A DNA stretch of 64,000 bases, from the NCBI GenBank assembly GCA_046563655.1, contig CM102290.1, positions 1,922,001 through 1,986,000 of the forward strand, read 5' to 3'. The position numbers and the translations under genes are program-made. Below, in pieces: positions 37,297 through 49,265 of this stretch. The stretch comes from Yuukianura sp. NJ FZ-2021 (taxonomy: Eukaryota). The notes below the pieces were generated by a model, which did no database searches, was not told the origin of the DNA, and saw only the letters and a list, made by a program, of their open reading frames with translations. The stretch's first letter is position 1, and each line of letters opens with the position of its first letter.

Positions 37297-38538
37297 ATGT
37301 CATCTTCCATGTCATCGGTGGACGTGAAGAAGGTAAAGTAAAGTGTTCTCTGCTTTTATTAATTAACTCATACTGTTATTACGTTATTTTGATGACCATT
37401 TGGTTACTCTATTCAGTAAATGCAAATATAAATCCGAAATTGCATGTTGTCACCTGTTACGTTACCCTCTAATTTATTCCTCTATTACTGTTACAGGGCC
37501 AGGGCAGTGAAGGTTTGACGCGAAAGGCAGGTCAAGTGAGTGGGAGAGGACGTCATGGACCGAAGAATCGGAAACTGAAGCGTCATGCTTCTAAGTTTCG
37601 GGCAATGAAGCCTTTACCATCGGTTTCATCAGGCTACCCCGGTCGCCAATCGCCTGACATTACATCTTGTGTCAGTACTACAAGTTCCCATGCTTATTGT
37701 ACGTCCAGCGCCACTCGCAAATTACCGGAGAACAGTGGAAGTGGGGATGAGCTTACAGAGAAGGAGCCGGTCGATGTCAAAGCTAAGGGTGGGAAAAGTG
37801 TGGGTACTTCTGACGCGGCAGCTTATGATGAGAAAGACTCTGCCGAAGCTATTATGGAGTGGAATCCTGCCAATCGAGCACTACTGTACAAGTTGATGCT
37901 GGATGTGGATTTCACTCCTATAGGTAAATAACACTGACTAAAATTCGTACTTCTTCACATTTTGTTTTTTCACGATCAAAAAGTTGTTTGTCTTCAATGA
38001 TAAGTATCGTAAATTTATATTTTCAGCCCTCCAGCGGAACTTCTCCATGCTGGGAGTCCATGCTAGGTGGTGCAAACTCATCAATAAAAATATCAATACT
38101 ACCGATATCTGGGCACACGCCAATTCTTTATACGATGTGGAAGGACTGGTGAGTCTGCTAAACGCTATGCATTACATTTCTTTCAATAAGTGGATGTTCG
38201 TTCACTCATACATACTCCTTGGTCTTGACTTTGGACACTTTCCGTCAGGTTTGATATGTATTTTGTCTTAGGATTCGTTGCGACGCCCGGATCCAAAGGC
38301 TCCGAAAACGACTGAATTCAAGTTACCAAACAAGATTCAAAGTATGGTTCAAGCCGCATTCGAAGTCCCAAAGTCTGCACATGCCAAACGTGGCCCTATT
38401 AGTGGTAAACCAGCAGCCCCAGTGCCATCTACTAGTAAGGGAGCAGCAGTAGAGAACCCGGATGACAACGACGACGCTGATGTCGAGTCGGTCCATGGCA
38501 CTGGTCCTATTAGTGACCCTGACCCGGACACATTGTGA
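37297..38538 (+). CDS. MRGBP: Divergent MRG/MORF4L-binding protein (MRGBP/Eaf7, NuA4/Tip60 subunit)-like; exons 37297-37332, 37497-37923, 38027-38148, 38272-38538
   Basis: EWNPANRALLYKLM..PIALQRNFSM..IWAHANSLYDVEGL..EFKLP matches the Eaf7 pattern W..E..LF.AM..KPVG.N.HF.M..IW.HL..YD..AL..F.LP. Confidence 0.78.
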
Positions 38539-39120
38539 AAATCTCCAGCTCATTCTCAAATGGTTCTACTGTCTACTCAACTAACTTAGACACCATGACG
38601 TAAAGTTCTGTCTACAGCCACCACCAATTTAATTCTGTCTAAAGCCACTACTAACTAAAGTTGTTTCTCAATAGTTTCTAACCGTCCCTAACTACAAGTT
38701 CTAAAATTATGAGACCCAGTTTTTTCATACACTTCTACTTTCTTGTGTTCAATATCTTAAGATCTTCTATCTTTTACAATTTACCGGGATATTATAACTT
38801 ATTTATTATCATGCACAAGTCCATGTTTATAATAAGAAAGTTAAGGTTTTACTAAACCTGTACAGACTACATTGTAATAGTAATTGTTATTTGTATCCTA
38901 AAAGTTAAATTGTACAGTTCGCAATAGCTCTTCTATCACTTTCCAATAAATTTGTACACCATTTGTTATGTTTATGTGTGCTGTTTCATTCTTTTTATAG
39001 GTCAAAGGCCATCAAAGTGTTTTGACAGATCGTTGACCTGTGACCTCTAGTCACAGTTTTTTGAATTCAGACTTAAAATAGGTGGCGGTTTTTAGATCAG
39101 AATTAGTTTTTAGCTGGCAA

Positions 39121-39362
39121 TAAGGATTAACGACAGTAATTGTACCCGCATATCTTGGCCACTCAGTCGTTTGTAGTGGCTACATTTCCACCACTTTTAG
39201 TGACTACAGTAGGTGGCTACACCTGAGTGGCAACGTCAGTCCAGCCTAGCCTAACCTAAAGTGGCAACATAAGTTTCCACACACTGTAGAAACCCATTCT
39301 AGCCACTAACGATGGCAGGCTAGGCTACACTGTGCGGTTACAATGAGTGTCGTTGAACCTTA
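39121..39362. mobile_element. MITE with ~30-bp imperfect TIRs and internal AGTGGCTAC/CCTAA repeats
   Basis: TAAGGATTAACGACAGTAATTGTACCCGCA versus TGCGGTTACAATGAGTGTCGTTGAACCTTA (inverted). Confidence 0.72.
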
Positions 39363-39653
39363 CTTCAACTTTTTTTTGTCATCATTCATTGAGGAAGCAA
39401 CTTCCTTGAGGCCGTCGGTCAATTAATCACGAATTAATTGTTCAACAACTTGAGCGCTGATAAAGGAAGCGGAAGCGACATCCGCATACTTCCGGTAAGC
39501 AGTATCGAATAGCACTTGAACTCTAGTTTACCTTATTGGTATAAAAGAACTACATATTCCCATTTAATACGTTACGTTTAATAATAAGTAATAAGTACTG
39601 TGCATCTCATAAATTACATTGCATCTGATCTCAGATCCAAAATTCTGGACAAC

Positions 39654-40642
39654 ATGGAGGAAAAGGTCAAAACTACTACTCCCGAAAATCCTCAAGAAGC
39701 ACGACGAAAGGTCGTTCTTCATACAATTGCTGCTCTAACATACGAAGTTGGGTACACCAATGTTCAACATCAAGCACTGGATTTGCTTACAGAGCTATTT
39801 CAAAAGAGTAAAAGAATCCTAAAATACTGATCGATGTTGACAATGGCTACAGATTCTTCTAACTTTATATCTCTCTGATTCATAGAATTAAGTTCGCTGG
39901 CCCGGACTACCATGAAGTATGCTGAAATTGCCTCAAGAGTGGAACCCACTGTTGGAGATATAACAATGGCTATGATTGAGTTAGAACATCCAATTGATCC
40001 CGTTGGTCTCCGAAGCTACAGTCGTCGACACACTCGTCCAATTACTCCTACTCCACAAGGATTAGCGCCGGCTCGAATCCCATTGATACTGAGTGCTGGA
40101 AAACGTAGATGTTTGCCATCCCATATACCAGACTACTTTCCACCTATGCCTGATCCTCACACATACATCCGTACCCCGGTAAACTTGCAATTATCCTAAT
40201 ACTTTCTAAGTAATCCTAATTTTTATTATTGATTGTTTTGTATTAGACTCATAAGCAGCCATTGACCGACTACGCAGCATGTCGAGAGAAGATGTCTCAG
40301 CAGAAGAGAGACTTGGAACGTTCCTTGTCCAAATTCTACTCAAGGACTTTTCCTTGTTTCCTGTTTTTTCCAGACAACAAAGACTTGTTTCCCCTGATGC
40401 TTCCGAAGAACGTTACTTACCACAACGCAGTCATCTGTCGAGATCAAATCTTTGAAGAGGAACAGAACCTTCCTCCTATCAATCTCGTCAAAATTGAGAA
40501 ACCAAGACAACCATTCTCCAACTTCGACAGTAGTGAAGACAGTGACACCGAGACCAAATGGGAGTTGATTGATAATCCATTTCTACGCCCTGCTCGCCCA
40601 CCAAGTCCACTCAAGAAGGCTGGAACCAATCCTACTAACTGA
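39654..40642 (+). CDS. TAF8: TFIID subunit 8 (TAF8)-like; exons 39654-39807, 39886-40178, 40247-40642
   Basis: N-terminal bromodomain-associated histone fold (ARRKVV..ALDLLTE..RVEPTVGD), TAF8_C motif HIPDYFPPMPDPHTYIRTP..REKMSQQKRDLERSL, and terminal IDNPFL. Confidence 0.9.
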
Positions 40643-40801
40643 ACCTGACATGTTCCATTCAGCTTGTGTTCCCACAACTTTGTATTTTACAATGTTCTTT
40701 ACAGTGGATAAGGAGGGCTAAGTTTGATTAATTAATTTCCTAATTAAGTGGGCTTCGTTTTGTACAGGATAATTCTTATAAACGGAAAATTACATGTTAT
40801 G

Positions 40802-43800
40802 TCATGTCAGATCGTCAGCTGTTCCTCTACTGTGTACCATTGACCGGTTTTGCCATAGTCTCATTCTTCGCCTCCGTTTGTCTCCGCCCCCGAAACGGCT
40901 CAGCGGTACTTGAATTTGCAAAATTTTCAATTAATGTATTACATGATTAATTTGTAATTTGATTTCCTATAGGATTGGATACCATTGACGAAATGGATCC
41001 CCTCGGAAGCCCCTTGGGCAAGAACAGACAGCAGCTCCATTCCTAACCTAATTGTTCAACGAAATTGTGTCATTAGCCGTTTTCTCCATTTGACCTTGAG
41101 GTCAAAGGTCAACTTTGGCAGTACCTCGCAATCAGCATTGACTCCACAACTATTGTGACATGGGTTTTCGCAAAAGTTGTTTCTGCAAACTCGCAAGCCG
41201 CCACACTCTCCATCACTCACACACTCACCTCTGGTGCCTACATAATTTGTTCAAAAAATTTTCAAAATTTTTTAAATTTAAAAATTATGATTTGGTGAAA
41301 AGTTATGGACGGAGTCATACATCGGACAAGAGCATTTCCAATGTATCCACTCAAACAACTGCATACTGGACGTTCCTTGCCAGTGTTGTCAAAGCCAGGT
41401 TCACAACGAGCATTTTCTCCACAAATTCCAGGGGTGCAGAGGTCAGCTACAATGTCAAGGTCAAAGTCACTGGATATTGTCGATGGTCAACTTTTTAGTG
41501 AACATTAGTTTTTGTAAAAAGCATTTAATTGTTAAAGTTCTACAAGTTAACTGGATTTATTTGGGAATTAGAACAGCGTGAGCAGTTAAATTAGGATGAA
41601 AGGCGCCATCTTTTTTAGTTTTTAGTTCTTCTGTTCCCACCTGGAGTTTGAGGGCGGCAGGATTCGAACGGGTGACCAGTGTAACCCTGCGCAAAATCAA
41701 CAAATCAATAAGTGGAAATGTAATCTGCGCAGGCGCATATTTACCTTTGGACAAGAGCAAATGGCCTTGTGTGAGGATTTGTCTACTCGGCACTCCGCGT
41801 TCACTCCACAGGCTGGAAAAATGGACATTTCAAAATTTTGAAAAAAAAAATTAGAAAGTTTTTACATTGTTTTGGTCATTTACCTCCAGCACAAGGGTCA
41901 CCACATTTGAGGCCAATACAGGCTCTACGAGACACAGAATTTGAAAAAAAAATCCAAAATTTTAAAAATTTTCAAAAAAAGTTTAAAAACTTTTAACTTT
42001 TTACCGATTTGCAGGACACTCAGAATGTCTAGTGCATTCGGCAAAGCATCTTGTGTATGGATCGCCTAGGAAATCCTTGGGGCAAGAACCTAAACAAGAT
42101 GGCACGTTAATTTAGTTAATTTATAATTATTTATTAATATAATATAATTATTATTATATTATTATTGAGTCTTGTTAGGTTAGTTAGAGGCAGAAGCGGA
42201 GTAGTATTGTGGACTTACAAACAGCTACGTGGTTTCGCACCTAGAAACGAGTTCAACACTTCAGCTCAGCAGGAAATTAGTATTAATTTATAATAATAAA
42301 ACTAATTAATTGTATAATTATATATAATTATATTTTATAATTGTACTTCACAAGTGGCATATTGACCACAGGCCCCAGCACATGGATCGCGGCATTTGAA
42401 GTCAATGCATCCTTGGTGGAAGGCACATTCCCCATCAGACTCACATTCACGACGACACCCATGCAACGGATTTCTGAAATTTTGAAAAAAAATGACACAA
42501 AACTGAAAAAAGTTCAATTTTCAAAAATTGAAGTTACCCAATGTACGATGGAAGACAACTGCAAATTGCTCTGCCGGATTCTACTCGACATTTTGTGTTG
42601 CTACCTGCACAGCAAAAACATCAAACATCCCAGGTATCTAATAATTTATTATATTTTATACAAAATCATATAATATTTACCACACGGCGTCGGATGACAA
42701 AGTTCATCTGAAAAAAAAACACACAACTTATTGAATTTTACCATTTTTTTGACATTTTGGCTTGGCGCTTGAGTTATTCTTTAGTGATTAAATTATGATT
42801 GACAATTGTTAAAGTCAGCCTACTGAAATAATCTAACAAAATTTTGTTAAAACTAACAACGTAACCTTAATTAATTAATTAGTAACTACAAATTTAATTA
42901 TCAACAATTAATTCTACAGCATAACAACTTCTATTCTACACCGTAGTTTGTGAGTTTGCGTTTTGCGATGTTGAGCATTGCAAAGTTAGTTGGTCGTTAG
43001 TACTAATTTACTTTCGTCGTAAATCCTGCAACTTCTTGTGGCGTCTCCTGTCCAGCCAGGGGGACCTAAGAAATTAACAATCACTTTCAAAGTGTCAGAG
43101 GTCACGGGGTCAATGACCTCAAAATATACTAAATATTATAATATAATATAATATAAATATTACAAGAGCAATGGGCCACATGACCACGAACGTCACAGTT
43201 TGCATTGACTCCACAAGCCGACGCACAGGGATTGACGCAAACGTAATTTTGACAGACGTTGTGCGATGGGCATTCGGAATTTGCTAAAAAGCAGAGAACA
43301 AAAAAATAATTTTTTAAATTTTACTTTAACTTTTGTAGTTAAAGGCGTTATTTGAGGAATTGCGGTAACATGAATGCAGTTGATCGTGTATGACCAGTTT
43401 TTGTTTAAAACCTGTTTGAACCGACATCGTTGTCAACTAAAACCTCATTCAAAAGTGTCCGTTCCCTCAGAACAGTTTTTACTTTGAAAAAGTCAATGAC
43501 CTTCGGAAACAAAAAAAATTGGAGGTCAAAGGTCATACCTTCACATTCCCCGCGACGGCAGCCCTTGTAAGGATCCCCTGAAATTCCAATAGCAAAGCAA
43601 CAAAAAAAAAGTTTAAAAAAAAAATTGTTTTTTCAGTCTTCGCTTTATTGAAATTTGACCTCTGTAATGTGGTAGACAACTGCACACAGGGCGGTCTCCC
43701 GAGTTTCGACATCTACCAAATTCAAAATTTTAAATCACAAATTCATAATCGTAATTATTTTAATAGCAATGTTAAATCAAAGCATATTTAAAAAAAACTG

Positions 43801-45407
43801 ACTCTGTATTAGGTCCACAAGGAGATGCGGAACAGGGTTCACGAATTACAAGCGCTCTAGTACAAAAATTCAAAACGACATAAAATTTTCAGAAAGACCT
43901 TTAAAATTTTGAAACAAAATTTTTTACGTAGGATGAGAAATGATTCTTCTGGAAATAGCAGCAGGCTGAGTGCATTGACTCAACGGATCTCCTAAGAAAG
44001 GTCAAAGGTCAAAGGTCAGCAAAGAAAACCAGCATTTCTGTAAAAAATCAAAAACTTACCAGTGTATCCTCTGGGACATTTGCACACAGCTCGATGATTT
44101 TGTGGCTCACATTCTAGAAAATGGAGCTATATATTAATCTATTATTTATTATAGTATTAATTACTTTTATTATATTATTTATATTATATTAAAAAAGAGC
44201 TACCTGCATTGATGCCACAGATTCCTGGTTGACATGCCGCTTGGCACTTATTACCAAAGCATCTCTCGTGGGATCGACACTCCGTGTCAAAGTCACACTG
44301 ATGACCACACCCTGTGAACACAGCATTTAATTGTTAAATGTTATTTACTTATTTGTTGAATTTCTTAAGGAGTTACCAGTTAGAGTGTCTGGTTTCGGAA
44401 AGAAGCCTAAAAACAAAGAGAAGTTGAAATTTGGTTATGACCTTTGACCTTTCTAAAGAATTGTTTTTGAATGACCTTGACCTACCGTGTAAACAGCGGC
44501 AATTGGCAGCTCCCGTGTGACTCACAGTGCAGTAGGTGTTGGGTCCACAGGGAGAGGGAACACAGGGGTCAACTTGAGCAACAGTTGCAAAGGCAGTTTC
44601 AAATCAAATACTTTCAACACAAATCCAATCAACTAACATAATATTAGTATTAATTATTATTAATATTATAACTACTAATAATATAATATTAATTATAATT
44701 AATCATTAGTCTTGTTTAACAACTGCAATTAATCAATTACCAAAGCTACACTGGCAGGCTGGTTCAACTAATACTGCGGTAGACGGAAATTACTAAAAAG
44801 CTAAGAACAATTTCTCAACATCTATTAGCATCAGCATTAAAAAGTTACAAATTATGTTGCAGTTTTTTGTTGCACTAACGTCTAATACAGTTTGTCAGTA
44901 CTAATTTTAAAAGCTATGCAATAACTAACTAACTTGATAGCACACAATTGCTCCGAATGAATCAGTCCTCCAAATGCATAGCTTCGAAACCAACTGTTCC
45001 GAAAGGTTAATTGATCCGAAATTAAATTACATAAACACTCGCTAATTATTTACAAAATGTCCAAAACACAGGAAGTGTAACGACCTGCTCGCAGGAAGCT
45101 TCTGTAGATTAAATTGAATTGAATAGGCCATTAAATCACATTGTACGAATGAATCATCAGATTAGATTTAGCAAATGGAACTATTTTCGGAACAATTCAT
45201 TCGGAGGAATGACCTGACTTTGGTTAAATTTTAATGGTCATTAGTAAAACTATGATTAACTATAGGAAACATTAGGCTAGGTAAAACTAAAAGTCTAATA
45301 CAAGTAAAAGTTGACTCACTTCCGCGAATTTGTCCAGTGGCTGAAGGAATGGAAGCGCTTAACATCCATAGACCAAAAATGGCAAATGCTCTCATCAACA
45401 ACGCCAT
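40802..45407 (-). CDS. Secreted EGF/DPY (dumpy-module) repeat protein, about 24 small exons
   Basis: A signal peptide exon (MALLMRAFAIFGLWMLSASIPSATG) is followed by in-frame exons giving repeated DPC.PSPCGPN..C..C.C..GY.GDP..C..EC..D.EC....C....C.DPC...CG.NA.C modules. No transmembrane segment; stop at 40802-40804. Confidence 0.88.
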
Positions 45408-46677
45408 CACGTTTTTTCACAAAAACTAAAATTTCAAGTCAAAATTTTAAAATCTTGCAATAGAAAATTGTTCTTGTTATGTCCAACTTTTTATGGGTTG
45501 TTGGGAGTGTAATGTACAAAAATGAATTTCAGAGAAATTAAAATGATGTAAAAGAAGCAAAAGTTACTAAATTTGGAAAATCGTAAAAGTTTAAACACAC
45601 AATGCCTTGTTAAGGATATGTCAAAGGTCACACCAGTTACACAACGCCTTTCAGAACTTTTTTACACTTCTATACGTGTCAATGCGTCACATCAAATTTT
45701 ATTGCAACTTTTTGAAAAATTATTCAGAAATACTTAAACCAAAAACTGTCAAAAAAAATCAAAATCTGCCAAAAAGCGAAAATTTACTGAGTAAATAAGA
45801 TTTCACCCATAAATTGACTAACTTTTTTTTTTAAATCTGAAATTAAATTTTACTTTTGCAATTCTAAATTATTATAAAGCAAAGAGGGTTTTTTGATTTT
45901 GGTTACCTTTAGCCGTTGCAAATCCAAAATTCGGAATTCCACAACCAAAAACTTTGAAATTTCCAAAAACTTTTTTTTTGGATAAATTGGAACGCAGAAG
46001 CTGAAAAACTTTTCCAAGAACACCTTGCTCGGACGTGCACAAATGCAGTAATGGACTCAAACTAAAGTTGAAGAGGGGGATGAAGGCAGACTTATTTATA
46101 ACAAATTGCAAAAATTTGCAGAAGGAGAATTTTAGCAATTACAAGGTTCAGTGGGCAGCAAACATGGGACAACACAAAACTTTTGCATCTTCACTTAAAA
46201 CACAAAGGTGTTAAAAAAGTTGATTTTGGAAACGAGCAAAAAAAAGTTGATTTTTTGTCAGTCAAAATTTGCAAACTTTTTATGTCCTGGTTATGCTATG
46301 GCTTGACCTCTACTGAGAAAAATGACGCCTTGTTTGAAATGATTTTTTTTTTCTTCAAATTTTTTTTTAACAGGTTAGAACAATTGGAGCAATTTATTGC
46401 AAACATTGAATTTTGAAACAATGATATTTATTTTAGATAATTATAGATGCCACTGCTGTAATATATTTAACCTAACATACTAAATATGTTTTGTTGCAAT
46501 TTCAAAAAAAAAACTTCTCAAAAAAGTTGCAATTATGACTGACTGTAAGAAATTCTGCACTCTTTTTTTCTATTTGTTTAGAACAACAAAAGCAGTAAAG
46601 GGCTTAACGTAAGGATTTGCTTGATTTAGATTTTTATAATTTTTGTAATATTTAAGTTTTGACTAACTTTAAAAGTT

Positions 46678-46857
46678 CAAGGTCATTAGCGCGAAAACAA
46701 TAAACGCGAATTCCAGAAGTTGGCAACACTGAACGTACATTACCAATGCCACCTAACACACCCTTTTAAAAAAAACTTACCGACGCCCCACTAAGATTCA
46801 GGTCCACTGTTGCCAACTTGCTCAAATTGCGTTTATTGATTTCGCGCTAATGAACTC
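46678..46857. mobile_element. MITE family 2 copy
   Basis: GGTCATTAGCGCGAAAACAATAAACGCGAA / TTGCGTTTATTGATTTCGCGCTAATGA inverted arms. Confidence 0.82.
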
Positions 46858-47267
46858 CCATGACTTCTAAATTTAACTCTTAACTAACTTTAGCATTAAG
46901 ATTTAACATTTTTTTTTACTAATTAATATCTTAGGTTTGCTAAGCTTGTACAAATTGAAATCTAAAGTGTTCGTCCCTTGCAATCCTTTTATCACGTTTT
47001 TTTACGTTAGTTTGAGACACTGCGAGCACCAATTCCCTTAAAATTTTAAGTGCAATTAAACTGTAGTATTGATCACATTATTTTTGCAACTTTGACAACA
47101 AGGTAACATTGACTGATGAGGTATAGTTTATGCAAATGTGTGAAAAAGTTACACAATTGCAGGACAAAAGTGAAGGTAAGTCACTACTGTTAAGTTAGTT
47201 ATTTGGAAAACAAAGTGCATCGAGATTCGTATTTTTAGTTTAGAAAAGTGCGCTTGCAGTTTCCTGT

Positions 47268-48842
47268 TTAGGAGACATTGTCATCAGCACAACCGCCGCC
47301 ACCTCCACGGGGGTTTGAAGTTACTGAGCAAAGGTCGGCACTTTGTTTAGCACTCAGTTCGTTGTACCATCTACGGAGTCCAGTGAGCACTACACAGGCT
47401 ACAACAAGTGCTGACCCTATGTAGCTATACAGGTCAGGCGTATCATGCAGAAGAGAGATTTGGTAGAAGAAGGACAGCACAATGTCCAGCGATCGAGCGA
47501 CAGCTACTGGACCAGCATTTTCCAGTTGCAGCGATTTCGTCAACAGGATTTGACCTAGGAATCCACAGATTCCAATTCCAAGGCACTGGATCACTGTAAC
47601 CCCGGTCGTAGGCAGAGTGAATCCATCAAGTGCTACTGTCAGCACGGCTCCAAAGATGGCCAAGATCATGGAAAACCAGAAGACAGTAACGGCGTAGTGG
47701 ACATGTTTCAGCTGACGAAGGACTATGAATGCCAGGGCAGTAAGCATAGCTGCGCAGACTCCACAGAAGATCCCTACCATATTCGTCCATGAATTGGTCA
47801 GCTGATTTTGACTTTGGCCTGGGAGTACAGTGGGATCCAGTAGACCAAACGACGGTTTGCTCACCAAAACAACTCCGAGTACAGTCAGCACAATCATGCT
47901 CACGTCAAAGAGAGTACAGAGTTCCCCGATGCAAATACAGGCAAAGAGGGATACGAATACTGGCGAAGTGAAGATCACGGTCGATGCATCGGCAAGCGGG
48001 ATGAGATGGATTGAGTTGAATGCCATAATGAGACTGACCGATCCTAGCGTTGCTCGAGCCAGAAGGAGACTGCGTGACCCGGCAGGGCCCAAGAAGCTAT
48101 TTCCAGATGAAATGATGAGGGGGCTGACTAGGAGGGCCTGAAGGGCCCCCCTCACACAAAGGAGTTCCATCGGATGTAGCGGAGACACTTTGACAATGAG
48201 AGAACTCGTTGCAAAGAAAATACATGAGATGGAAGCTAACAAGATTCCAAGAGACAGACTAGACTTGACCGGGGGGTTCTCTTTTCCGGACCCCCCTCCA
48301 CCCCCCTCCTCTTTTGAACAACTTTCATCCAAGTCCTCGTCTTCTTCACTTTGATGAAGGTGGGCCATCACGGGAGTTCGGACTTTGGCACGACGGAGGC
48401 GGCGCAGAAGTCTATGAACGAGACCTTGCTGAGCCGGACCGCGGATCAACGGCAGCTGATCGCCGAGTTCGTTCGGTTCAAGTCCGAAGTCGGCATTATT
48501 GGTCTCAGAGTCGGTAGAAATTGAGAGAAATGTTGGTCCCGGAGAGTGACCGTCGAGGTCGTCAAGTACTTTCGTTCGGTACTTGAGTATAGACGAAGTG
48601 GACATTGGATCATGACCACCGTGGTGGTGGTCCGGTTCACTCGTGGCATCGATCATGTCTGTCATGGGGCAGTTGGACTGCGCAGAAGTGAGGAGATTCG
48701 TTGTTTCTTCCTGATCCAAGGCGTGCTCAAGGTCAAGGTGACTATCGACGAGACAATGGTTGTCACTAGGATGTTTCCCACCTACGTTATTGGGCTGATG
48801 AATTAAATTAGTGGCATAGAAGGGCGGTTGGTGATGCCACAT
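47268..48842 (-). CDS. SLC35G1: SLC35G-type (EamA/DMT) membrane transporter, intronless CDS, 524 aa
   Basis: About ten hydrophobic segments with IPLADASTVIFTSPVFV, LTVLGVVLVSKP and GQILLTKSLQLENAGPVAV motifs. Confidence 0.87.
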   Translation of the reverse strand: MWHHQPPFYATNLIHQPNNVGGKHPSDNHCLVDSHLDLEHALDQEETTNLLTSAQSNCPMTDMIDATSEPDHHHGGHDPMSTSSILKYRTKVLDDLDGHSPGPTFLSISTDSETNNADFGLEPNELGDQLPLIRGPAQQGLVHRLLRRLRRAKVRTPVMAHLHQSEEDEDLDESCSKEEGGGGGSGKENPPVKSSLSLGILLASISCIFFATSSLIVKVSPLHPMELLCVRGALQALLVSPLIISSGNSFLGPAGSRSLLLARATLGSVSLIMAFNSIHLIPLADASTVIFTSPVFVSLFACICIGELCTLFDVSMIVLTVLGVVLVSKPSFGLLDPTVLPGQSQNQLTNSWTNMVGIFCGVCAAMLTALAFIVLRQLKHVHYAVTVFWFSMILAIFGAVLTVALDGFTLPTTGVTVIQCLGIGICGFLGQILLTKSLQLENAGPVAVARSLDIVLSFFYQISLLHDTPDLYSYIGSALVVACVVLTGLRRWYNELSAKQSADLCSVTSNPRGGGGGCADDNVS

Positions 48843-48990
48843 TGATGCTTTGATGTTCCCTGTGATTTCTTTGGCGCGTTTTTTTCAAATTCTTTGGTTA
48901 GGTGAGACTAACTTGGTCCTATGTTGTGTTAAAAATTCAGTTTGGAATGAATCTTTGAAGTATTTATGATCACTCTAACTTATGTTAGAG

Positions 48991-49265
48991 CAAGGTTTGG
49001 TGACTTTGATTTGCTTTAACAGGTTGGGTAATACCTCAAGTTTTTTTTTTATTTTGCAAAAAAAAAAAGTGTCGTTTGATTTTAGGACAGTCATAACAAT
49101 ACGGAGAAATATTTGAAATTTTGCATACGAATTGGTACCAAATTTTTGGATTGGTACTAAAATTGGTATCAATTTTTATTTTGATTTTTCGTTTTTTTAT
49201 GTCAACAAGCGATGTAGAACCCAACCCGTTGAAGAAAATTAATTTTTCGTTGTCAAGGAACCTTG
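48991..49265. mobile_element. MITE family 1 copy upstream of the SLC35G CDS
   Basis: CAAGGTT...AACCTTG ends; perfect TSD TGTTAGAG. Confidence 0.92.
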
